Below, one piece after another: positions 9,958 to 17,063 of a DNA stretch of 25,279 nt; the stretch's first letter is position 1; every line of letters begins with the position of its first letter. The DNA is from a virus. Lineage: Duplodnaviria > Caudoviricetes. The position numbers were made by a program, and so were the translations under genes. The stretch lies in the IMG/VR virus record IMGVR_UViG_3300020441_000019, positions 1-25,279 of that record. One strand, 5' to 3'. The notes beneath the pieces are model-generated. The model worked only from the letters and a program-made list of their open reading frames with translations. It did not search any database and had not been told where the DNA came from.

Positions 9958-10766
9958 TAGACCTTTTGCATGAAATTACTTGGTGAGCCGTAGAAGCCTG
10001 CGACAGTCGATGCAGTGTTAATACCAATCTTGAGAGCATCACCCCAGCCAAAGCCCTGTTGTTGTGGAGCTTGCATTGGTGAAGTCCAAGGTCCACCAGA
10101 CATAGGAGGTGGTGGTAGTAATGTAGGTTGTGAAGGAGGAATGCCTAATCGAGCTCTTACATTTGCTTGTTGGTTGGAAGCTGTGATCTGACGTGTCATG
10201 TTTGCAGCCTCATAATTTTCAACAAGCTGACGCATTTGACGCTTGTTACCAGCATCTTTATAGAGAAATTCATTTTCTGCCATCATCTCATTACGAGCAG
10301 CAGATACACCAGTTTGCTCGTTGTTGACTGTACCTTGCTTAGCAATAAACTCTTTGAGCTCTTCAAAATTGTTGAGCTCCATATCGCCGTACAAACGGCG
10401 TAGGTTGACATTCTCGTAGAAGTAATCTTGATCCAGTTTATTCTGGATATTAGCGATATTAGTATCGTAGGTCTCTTTGCCAAGTTCCCAGATATCTACA
10501 CGCCGGTTGTAGCCAGCAATTAGATTGTTATTCTGGAGCTCCCAAGATTGTAAACGATACTGATTAGTTCTAGCCGTCTCAGCATTCTTAGCATGCCAAA
10601 TAGCTAAGTCATTTTTATGCTTAGCTTTGTTATAAGCGTTCTGTGCACGAGCAGTGGCATTTTTACTAAATGCTCCAGCAATATCACCGACCAGTCCTAG
10701 ACCGCCAGATATTGCATTCCACGTACCAGAACCAGATATACGGCTATAGTCAGTTTCATTTGCCAT
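9957..10766 (-). CDS. Internal virion protein, T7 gp14 position
   Basis: Synteny; Gly/Ala-rich hydrophobic ends flanking a Gln/Asn-rich helical middle; TAATG coupling to the next gene at 9957. Confidence 0.7.
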   Translation of the reverse strand: MANETDYSRISGSGTWNAISGGLGLVGDIAGAFSKNATARAQNAYNKAKHKNDLAIWHAKNAETARTNQYRLQSWELQNNNLIAGYNRRVDIWELGKETYDTNIANIQNKLDQDYFYENVNLRRLYGDMELNNFEELKEFIAKQGTVNNEQTGVSAARNEMMAENEFLYKDAGNKRQMRQLVENYEAANMTRQITASNQQANVRARLGIPPSQPTLLPPPPMSGGPWTSPMQAPQQQGFGWGDALKIGINTASTVAGFYGSPSNFMQKV

Positions 10767-11196
10767 TTATTTTACAGAATTCGATAAAGGTTGTTTTGTT
10801 AGGACCATATTCAAACTGCTGTAAGAATGTGAATCCAAGAAACTTAAGTAGTTTCAAGTGTGTTTTATTCCGTTTATCGACTATGTTCCACAGCAACGGC
10901 TCTGGTCTTCCATCGACAAATCTTTTAGCTTCTCTGGCGAATGTAAGTGGATACTCCAAGATGGCTGGTGTACATAACATCCAGATCATGTCTCCATCAG
11001 AGACTCCGGCCATTCCGGCAGTCTTGCCGTTAGGCACTGTGAAGTAGACCGTTTCAGGCTCCCAGACACAATCAGTGAGTAGTTCGTGAGGATCACATCC
11101 GTGACCCTCTTCGATCTCTCTACGATCATCTGGAAGCAGATTGGAGGCCACCTCAGCGGCAACCTCCATCGTTGCTTTGTGAATATAGTTAGGCAC
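10756..11196 (-). CDS. T7 gp13-like internal virion protein A (acetyltransferase-like fold, DUF2833-type)
   Basis: NLLPDDRREIEEGHG...IWMLCT...LWNIVDKRNKTHLKLLKFLGF pattern; immediately after tail tubular B. Confidence 0.75.
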   Translation of the reverse strand: MPNYIHKATMEVAAEVASNLLPDDRREIEEGHGCDPHELLTDCVWEPETVYFTVPNGKTAGMAGVSDGDMIWMLCTPAILEYPLTFAREAKRFVDGRPEPLLWNIVDKRNKTHLKLLKFLGFTFLQQFEYGPNKTTFIEFCKINGK

Positions 11197-13855
11197 GTTG
11201 GTAGAAACGAGTTGAGTAATCTCCCTCCCAAGACATTCCGTATAGGGTTGCTGGGGATGGGTGTTCAGAGATAATCTCTACAGTTGCACTAGTGTTCCTG
11301 TCATAGATAGGAATGTTCTCTTGCTTTCCTTTTGAGATCTGTACAGAACCAAGGGTGTACTCACCCAGGTTGTTTGTGTCAAAGGTTTTGGTGTAATCAT
11401 CTCTACCTTTACGGCGGAGTGTTGTTTTATAAACACCAACTGCACCAAAGTCAAGACGCATACGGTGGACAATCAAGGATGCCTGAACGTCAGCACGATA
11501 TGAATCGTCTCGTTGGGTTTGAAAATAGACTTTAGGCAATGAGATATTCATTGAGTATCTAATACCAACAGTTACATCAGTATCTGTCCAATCACCGTCA
11601 ACAATGAGATTGTCACCGTCAACAGTTGGTTCAGCTGCGTTACCTTTATTCCTACCAGCTTCGAGTGTATAGACAACACGTGTACCGTAAGCTGGAATAG
11701 GTGCTACGAAAGAGGACTTTTTAGTGCTAGTGTTATAGGTAATATCTTCCTTCTGAACTATCACGCGATGGTCAAGGAAGATGCGGATATCTTCATCAGT
11801 ATCTTCAATTTCGACAGTGTTATCACGTTCTTCAAGATTCAGCCGGTGCAACGAATAATTATAAGTTGCTGGATCTGAACCAGGAGTTTGGTTTTTGATA
11901 GTAAAGAAGATATTGTCTCTTAGAATGCACATATGAAGTACATCGCCGCTCATAGTCCAACGGAACCAAGCAGACTGAATCCTTCTATCACCACGATTGA
12001 AATACTTATAACCCCACAAATTAGGACTCTTTACTTTCTCTCCAAACAAAATCAAGCTGTTTTCACGGCTATCAGCAATTGATTGAAGTCCAGTAGGGAA
12101 CTGACCAGCAATGATCTTACTTTGTTCCAGAATCTCTGGCTGACCTTCCCGCTGAATGCGGGTCATTTCAAATAGGCGGCTGTGAGTACCCGAGTCATTA
12201 AGGAATGCAATGGAGGTACCAACAGAAACGGGTCTAGTATTTTCAAGGAAGTTGTAAGTGCTAAGTAGTGTAATCTTAGCGGTTGAGGATGTAAGTGTGT
12301 CTGCATCAGTAACCAACATAAATTGCTGTGTCCTACTAAAGAGGACTAGACCAGTATTAACTTCGATACCGTCATAAAGAACAGCAGGTGTAGTAGAGGA
12401 ACAGGACAGGTCAATAGGGTCCACACCACTGACAGTAAATGCAGACTTGCTCCAGAAGTCAAAGAACGAGCCGGGCCGCGATAGGATAATGTTTTCATCG
12501 CTAAGGATCGCTAGTCGATTTCTAAAGAACAGTAGTTTGTTAATCTTCCTACCAGCTGTCTCTGTACCGTCAGCGTTATATTGAGGGAGGAAGGATGGTC
12601 TGGGACAGGTACCTTCATCGCCAATCAAACGATTAGCCCAGGTAACTGGTGAGACCTTAAATGTGTTATCTGCCTGGCGGACTAACTGCCAAGGCATAGT
12701 GTTGTTATCAATGGTGGTTTTAAGCCCAGGTTTAACTGTCTCTTCCCACACACCTTCACCGTCTGTTTCGTTATTACCTACAAACTTCACATAGTAGTCA
12801 TCCTGATCAACACCACTGTTCAGAATCTTACACACATAGCCGTGCTTACACTGGTAAGGGAGACGAGTGATGTTCTCTACTTCAGTAGTAAAGATGTTGA
12901 TCAGCTGAGCTTCAGGAGTGTCTACACTAAATGCGGAAGCATGAGTAATATAAAGACCGTTACCAGCAATAGTAGAGCTAAAGTTTGTTCCGTTGTAGGA
13001 AGTTCCGTCAACTGCAGTCTTAAGCTCTGAAAGAATAACAGACGCTTTAACTTCTGCAGAGGTACCGGCAGAAGTCTTGTTACTATCGATAGTAGCAATC
13101 ACACCTCCTGAATCATTGAGCAGGCGGAATGAATAGGTTTTGTTGTATGCAATCTGCAGCAGGTCTAAGAACGCCTCATTAGGACGTGTAGCAGCAGTAG
13201 CAGAAGTCATCGCAGTAGCTACACCGCGATTAGCAATAAACGTATAGTCGTTAACAGTAAGTGTTTGGATATTATCTGGGTCAGTATGCGAGAGATAGCT
13301 GACAGGAGCACCACCCTCGTAAGTAACTTCTACTTCTTCACCAGCTACGTTGTTCTGTGTAACGACAAAACGAGCTGGAGAAAAGCCATCAATAGTAATA
13401 GAGTTATTCTTTTTGTAACCACTACCATTAGTGTTAATGGTGAGGTTAGTGACAGAACCACCGCTGACAGTAAAGTCAACAGTCATACCTTCCCCGTCAC
13501 CACCCGAAGTAGCAACATCGGTGTAGGTACCGTTAGTAAGGGTTGAGCCAGCATTACTAACACTAATGAAGTAGCGAGTAGAGAACTCAACAAGTCTCCA
13601 TACCTTAACTCTACCTTCTTCAGTAACTTGGCACATATACTGCTCAAAGTTATCGCGATAGATATCAAACCACTTACCCCCAGCATCAGCAGAGATGTCT
13701 CCTAAAAGCTTGGTGCCAGGTCTTTTAACTAAACCTGATGTAACGTCAGGGTATGCATTGTTTAAGTCACGCACTTGGCCTGGCAGCTTGAGCTGATCAG
13801 GCTGTTCTGAGATACCAAGAATATAGTTAGGAATTGTCTGCTGGATACTAGGCAT
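11189..13855 (-). CDS. Tail tubular protein B (nozzle, T7 gp12-like)
   Basis: N-terminal QTIPNYILGISEQPD...GLVKRPG, GVWEETVKPG, MPWQLVR, FFRNRLAILSDENIILSRPG, QSAWFRW, C-terminal SWEGDY. Confidence 0.95.
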   Translation of the reverse strand: MPSIQQTIPNYILGISEQPDQLKLPGQVRDLNNAYPDVTSGLVKRPGTKLLGDISADAGGKWFDIYRDNFEQYMCQVTEEGRVKVWRLVEFSTRYFISVSNAGSTLTNGTYTDVATSGGDGEGMTVDFTVSGGSVTNLTINTNGSGYKKNNSITIDGFSPARFVVTQNNVAGEEVEVTYEGGAPVSYLSHTDPDNIQTLTVNDYTFIANRGVATAMTSATAATRPNEAFLDLLQIAYNKTYSFRLLNDSGGVIATIDSNKTSAGTSAEVKASVILSELKTAVDGTSYNGTNFSSTIAGNGLYITHASAFSVDTPEAQLINIFTTEVENITRLPYQCKHGYVCKILNSGVDQDDYYVKFVGNNETDGEGVWEETVKPGLKTTIDNNTMPWQLVRQADNTFKVSPVTWANRLIGDEGTCPRPSFLPQYNADGTETAGRKINKLLFFRNRLAILSDENIILSRPGSFFDFWSKSAFTVSGVDPIDLSCSSTTPAVLYDGIEVNTGLVLFSRTQQFMLVTDADTLTSSTAKITLLSTYNFLENTRPVSVGTSIAFLNDSGTHSRLFEMTRIQREGQPEILEQSKIIAGQFPTGLQSIADSRENSLILFGEKVKSPNLWGYKYFNRGDRRIQSAWFRWTMSGDVLHMCILRDNIFFTIKNQTPGSDPATYNYSLHRLNLEERDNTVEIEDTDEDIRIFLDHRVIVQKEDITYNTSTKKSSFVAPIPAYGTRVVYTLEAGRNKGNAAEPTVDGDNLIVDGDWTDTDVTVGIRYSMNISLPKVYFQTQRDDSYRADVQASLIVHRMRLDFGAVGVYKTTLRRKGRDDYTKTFDTNNLGEYTLGSVQISKGKQENIPIYDRNTSATVEIISEHPSPATLYGMSWEGDYSTRFYQRA

Positions 13856-14468
13856 GTCGTCTTAGTCCTTGATAAGGTTGATAGGCTGTGTATGAGGTTT
13901 CTTCAGGCCAACCCATAAAGGAATAGTCACCCTGATTACATTCGTATTCAACACAGGCAGCTCGGGCATTAGCTTCCTGAATAGATAGGAGTTGATGTAG
14001 ATCTGGACTAGACACCAGCTGCGCTGCAGCTCTAGCTGATGAACGGAGAATGATGTACCTCTGGAAAACAGAAGGTAAATCAGTCAGTTCAAACAGCCAA
14101 ACAATATCTAGATACTGATCCGAAGTAAATTTATAAGTATGATTTACTTTGTCATAGAGCTTACCGCCTCTCTTAATTACGTTAGTAAGGCGGCTTTTCT
14201 GACCATCGCTAACGTCCATCCTCAGCATGTTAGATGGGATTTTGATCTCATCCTTAGCATCTGGTGCTAGCTTGTAATGATGTTCTGTATTAAAAATCCA
14301 ACCTTCATCCTGCACATCTCTATTTACATCTTTCAGGATGCCGTAGATATATGAAATTTCAGGGTTGGAGAAGTCAAGCTTGTTAATAGGGGCTTGACCG
14401 ATAGCTCCCAGAATTGAATTAACTGCGGAGAGTTCGGTCACGTCGTCGATTGTACTGGGAGTAGTCAT
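13848..14468 (-). CDS. Tail tubular protein A (gatekeeper/adaptor, T7 gp11-like)
   Basis: TELSAVNSILGAIGQAP, VQDEGWIFNTE, GKLYDKVNHTY, LPSVFQRYI motifs; directly after the capsid terminator. Confidence 0.95.
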   Translation of the reverse strand: MTTPSTIDDVTELSAVNSILGAIGQAPINKLDFSNPEISYIYGILKDVNRDVQDEGWIFNTEHHYKLAPDAKDEIKIPSNMLRMDVSDGQKSRLTNVIKRGGKLYDKVNHTYKFTSDQYLDIVWLFELTDLPSVFQRYIILRSSARAAAQLVSSPDLHQLLSIQEANARAACVEYECNQGDYSFMGWPEETSYTAYQPYQGLRRHA

Positions 14469-14478
14469 ATCAAATAAT

Positions 14479-14505
14479 AAAAAAAGGGGGACTCGAAAGC
14501 CCCCC
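14479..14505 (-). terminator. Intrinsic terminator after the major capsid gene (T-phi position)
   Basis: Minus strand GGGGGGCT-TTCG-AGTCCCCC-TTTTTTT: 8-bp stem with one G-U pair, UUCG loop and U7 tail, about 20 nt after the capsid stop. Confidence 0.92.
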
Positions 14506-14526
14506 AGTTATAGATTGAAATTTCAA

Positions 14527-15699
14527 TCAGAATGCATCAGTGCCAGCGTCGCTGTCAGCAGCATCAGCGCCAGCAATCAGTTCCACGCAAGCAGCGGGGT
14601 TCAGATAGTCAGCACCAAGAGCCATACGGCCCAGGATCACATCGCCCTGGTAGACCACGGAGACATCACCACTGGTGACTTGCACCTGAGGTGCCATTGC
14701 TTCGACACAAGCAGCAGCTTCACGCTGGAAGATCAGACCGCAGCTGTGCTCGAATTTAGCGGCAGCACCGTAATCGTTACGGGAGCCGTAGTTAGTACCG
14801 GAGACAGCAGCGTCATCAGCCATGTCAGGACCCACGCTACCCATGTTCTGGGGCGAGGTGACACCAGGATTGTTATCACCGGCAGCTCCGAACTTAGTAC
14901 CGAAAGACTGGAAGAACGGAATGTTCATAGACTTGAAGATCTGGATGCCAGCAATCTCAACGATGCCTTGGCCAGACTGCAGAGCACTACCCTGAACGTC
15001 GCGGTTCACAAGACCGCCATCTCCAACTTTCTGGATAAGTGCGTAGTATTGACGGGGGTTGAGTACAGCCACACGGCCGTCCATGCTCACACCCTTTTCG
15101 TCAAGAGCAGCTGCAGCGTCATAGAACGCAGTGATCAGCTTGTCAGCGTCATAAGCATTAGAACCTTGATCGGAAGTACCGACACGGATCTGAGTACCGC
15201 CGGGCTCTACATAACCGCTCTTAGAGATCGGGTGTGCAGCACGAGCACCTTTGGTGATAGCGCGGAAGATCTTACGGTCATAAGTCTCTGCCAGAGCGTA
15301 ACCAATCTTGCGAGAGATTTCGCTACGCAGGTCGTAATGAGCCAGAACTTCATCGAGTTCATAGACGAATGCACTGGAGATGAGCAGGTCATCAACGGTG
15401 ATCGTCTTTTCTGCCACCGGGGGTGCGTTCTCGTCGTTACCGAGAATGCTTTGTCCGGGGGTATGGTATTCAGCTTTGGTACGGCCAGTGTAAATGAACT
15501 GAGCCGACTTAGCGTTTTGAAGGGTACGCTTCATAACCAGATCGCGAGCGATCGTGTTGTGTTGGAAACCCTTGAACATCTCACCGCTAAAGATCTGCAA
15601 GTAGAGATCGCGGTTGTTAGATGCGTTATAAGAGCCAGTATCACCCTTACGTCCAATAAACGTAGGGTTGCTATTGGCATTACTATTTTGTTGAGCCAT
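14527..15699 (-). CDS. Major capsid protein (T7 gp10-like)
   Basis: LYLQIFSGEMFKGF, RTLQNAKSAQFIYTGR, EKTITVDDLLISSAFVYELDE, YDLRSEISRKIGYALA, GADYLNPAACVEL. Confidence 0.97.
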   Translation of the reverse strand: MAQQNSNANSNPTFIGRKGDTGSYNASNNRDLYLQIFSGEMFKGFQHNTIARDLVMKRTLQNAKSAQFIYTGRTKAEYHTPGQSILGNDENAPPVAEKTITVDDLLISSAFVYELDEVLAHYDLRSEISRKIGYALAETYDRKIFRAITKGARAAHPISKSGYVEPGGTQIRVGTSDQGSNAYDADKLITAFYDAAAALDEKGVSMDGRVAVLNPRQYYALIQKVGDGGLVNRDVQGSALQSGQGIVEIAGIQIFKSMNIPFFQSFGTKFGAAGDNNPGVTSPQNMGSVGPDMADDAAVSGTNYGSRNDYGAAAKFEHSCGLIFQREAAACVEAMAPQVQVTSGDVSVVYQGDVILGRMALGADYLNPAACVELIAGADAADSDAGTDAF

Positions 15700-15723
15700 T
15701 GTTAGAGAATAAGAATACTATCC

Positions 15724-15811
15724 TCTGATCGATCAGAAATTTTTTTAACCAAATTTTGTGGTCTATCCCACCGTCTAGACGGCAAAGGGTATCCGCGTAC
15801 GGGCCAATGCC
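15724..15811 (-). promoter_or_regulatory. Structured 5' leader of the capsid gene (nested stems and two perfect palindromes)
   Basis: Minus strand GGCA-TTGGC-CCG-TACG-CGG-ATACCCTT-TGCC nested stem; palindromes CCGTCTAGACGG (15771-15782) and TCTGATCGATCAGA (15724-15737). Function is inferred from position only. Confidence 0.5.
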
Positions 15812-15814
15812 AAT

Positions 15815-15861
15815 TGGTAAGGGAGGCATCGCACCTCCCATGGCCGCGTTAACGGACTACC
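15815..15861 (-). ncRNA. Putative tRNA-like mini-structure (three-way junction with T-loop-like arm ending in ACCA)
   Basis: GGTAG-T-CCG(TTAACG)CGG-CCAT-GGGAGG(TGCGATG)CCTCCC-TTACC-A. It is not a complete tRNA. Confidence 0.4.
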
Positions 15862-15998
15862 TTTTTAGCTTTCGCTTTTCTTTGAGTTTTAGGTTTTTCT
15901 TCTACAACAGGTTCAGGTTCAGGTGCAGGTTGTACCGCTTGTGGCGTATAGCCAACGGGAAACGCAATACCGAATCCCTGATTCGTTTGTTGTGCCAT
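15849..15998 (-). CDS. Small hypothetical protein (49 aa), Pro/Glu linker and Lys-rich tail
   Basis: Hand-translated: MAQQTNQGFGIAFPVGYTPQAVQPAPEPEPVVEEKPKTQRKAKAKKVVR; starts 3 nt after the DUF4278-like stop. Confidence 0.65.
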   Translation of the reverse strand: MAQQTNQGFGIAFPVGYTPQAVQPAPEPEPVVEEKPKTQRKAKAKKVVR

Positions 15999-16001
15999 AA
16001 A

Positions 16002-16106
16002 CTAGTGATTAGATTTAAGATAAGCAACGCCGCGATACTTCAGCTTAGCCGCTTTGTTTGCAGCGACTTGCTCTTTAATGCGAGCTTGCAGTTCAACATT
16101 AGGCAT
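16002..16106 (-). CDS. DUF4278-like 'downstream peptide' (34 aa)
   Basis: Hand-translated: MPNVELQARIKEQVAANKAAKLKYRGVAYLKSNH; LKYRGVAY motif; GGAG RBS at 16117-16114; directly 3' of the riboswitch-like hairpin. Confidence 0.85.
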   Translation of the reverse strand: MPNVELQARIKEQVAANKAAKLKYRGVAYLKSNH

Positions 16107-16123
16107 GATGAATCTCCGAAGTA

Positions 16124-16342
16124 CCTAACCCCCGTTCCATGGTTAGGCGTCATGCGTCCGACTGGAATGTTTCCTCTAGCACCAACTTACAGAACTCAGT
16201 GCGTAGCACATCTAACATTTGTTGTTCAAACGGATCTCCACCTGGCCATTGGTCAAGATGGAAACATATTGATTTGTAGATCTGTTTGAGTGCTACTCCA
16301 TTGAGATCTATTTGGTAGCGAGTTTCTTCCATAGGATGAACG
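16124..16342 (-). ncRNA. Glutamine-II (Downstream-peptide) riboswitch-like aptamer, split by a nested ORF
   Basis: 5' half CGTTCATCC (16342-16334). 3' half GGACGCATGACG-CCTAACC-ATGGAACGGG-GGTTAGG (16159-16124). CGTTC is complementary to loop GAACG (pseudoknot). A DUF4278-like ORF follows, the usual context of this motif. Confidence 0.8.
16150..16332 (-). CDS. Hypothetical protein (60 aa, WPGGDP motif) nested inside the riboswitch-like element
   Basis: ORF track: MEETRYQIDLNG...LDQWPGGDPFEQQMLDVLRTEFCKLVLEETFQSDA. Looks like helix-WPGG turn-helix and fills the gap between the two aptamer halves exactly; no clear SD sequence. Confidence 0.7.
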   Translation of the reverse strand: MEETRYQIDLNGVALKQIYKSICFHLDQWPGGDPFEQQMLDVLRTEFCKLVLEETFQSDA

Positions 16343-16350
16343 TACGTTAC

Positions 16351-16533
16351 TTACACGTAGCGTGCGTATTTCTTACCGCCGCTTACATTGCCGCCAGTAG
16401 CTCCTTTTGCATAGCCCCCTGATTTAGGGCCGACATTAGCTTTCTTCGCAGCGGCTTTCTTCTTTGGCTTTTTGATGTTGGCGTGTGGCTGTGGTTTGTT
16501 CACTTTCTTTTTATCAGAGGACTTTTTAGACAT
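16351..16533 (-). CDS. Small Lys-rich hypothetical protein (60 aa)
   Basis: ORF track; TAATG coupling with the upstream gene at 16533; highly basic. Confidence 0.7.
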   Translation of the reverse strand: MSKKSSDKKKVNKPQPHANIKKPKKKAAAKKANVGPKSGGYAKGATGGNVSGGKKYARYV

Positions 16534-16904
16534 TAGAACTTATACTTAAAGCCGGTCTTTGCACCAACACCCAGACCTTCCAGTTCGAGACCTTCAGGAG
16601 TGATGGCGGACAGCTCGCCGTAGACGTTGAGCTTCTTAGTCACATCGACACCGATGCCGACTTTGCCAGAGGCAGCGCCGACTTGCTCAGCATCATCAGG
16701 GAAAGACACAGCAGGACCACCTTGGATGTACCAGCTAGCGCTGTCACCCAAAGCATTTTCATAGCCCACGTGAGTCTCTAGCAGAGCACCTTGGTAGTCC
16801 TCACCGGACCAGCCTTGGTTAGCTTCGACATTCACATACACACCTGCAGCAGCAGGCAGTGCGAAAGCAGACAGCGCGAGGGTAGAAAGAGCGATGTTTT
16901 TCAT
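16533..16904 (-). CDS. Small outer-membrane beta-barrel-like protein with signal peptide
   Basis: Sec-type signal MKNIALSTLALSAFALPAAA; alternating beta-strands (VYVNVEAN, THVGYE, WYIQGGP, GKVGIGVDV, LNVYGELS); C-terminal GFKYKF with terminal Phe (BAM beta-signal-like). Confidence 0.8.
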   Translation of the reverse strand: MKNIALSTLALSAFALPAAAGVYVNVEANQGWSGEDYQGALLETHVGYENALGDSASWYIQGGPAVSFPDDAEQVGAASGKVGIGVDVTKKLNVYGELSAITPEGLELEGLGVGAKTGFKYKF

Positions 16905-16910
16905 AATAAA

Positions 16911-17063
16911 TTAAGAGATTTTTAGTTTAGATTTCTTGTTCTTTTTACTGTTAGGAAAACCTTTCTTCATATCAGAATAAGATTTAGCACTAATAGTGGA
17001 TTTCTTTTTAGAGCGTGAAGTACCAGCCTTCTTACGCTTGTTAATGTTCTCGTAGAGGGACAT
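16911..17063 (-). CDS. Small basic hypothetical protein (50 aa)
   Basis: Hand-translated: MSLYENINKRKKAGTSRSKKKSTISAKSYSDMKKGFPNSKKNKKSKLKIS; TAATG overlap with the hli stop. Confidence 0.75.
   Translation of the reverse strand: MSLYENINKRKKAGTSRSKKKSTISAKSYSDMKKGFPNSKKNKKSKLKIS

Noticed and set aside
2857-13686. Numerous 60-125 aa ORFs nested in or antisense to the large structural genes
   Set aside because: They are fully contained within long well-supported genes and have no motifs; expected by chance.
14470-14560. T7-style frameshifted minor capsid (10B) extension
   Set aside because: The terminator and tail tubular A start follow within about 60 nt of the stop, leaving no room for an extension domain; no obvious slippery site seen.
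14515-15705. 396-aa plus-strand ORF spanning the whole capsid gene
   Set aside because: It is the in-register antisense shadow of a strongly codon-biased gene, has no recognisable motifs, and its ends coincide with the capsid gene ends.
15815-15890. Possible canonical tRNA gene
   Set aside because: Only a T-arm-like hairpin and a short closing stem are present; no complete cloverleaf. Kept only as a tRNA-like element.
15756-16289. 177-aa plus-strand ORF across the riboswitch/leader region
   Set aside because: It has a non-ATG start and low-complexity F/R stretches mirroring Lys/Glu codons, and lies antisense to three better-supported ORFs. An antisense RNA cannot be excluded.
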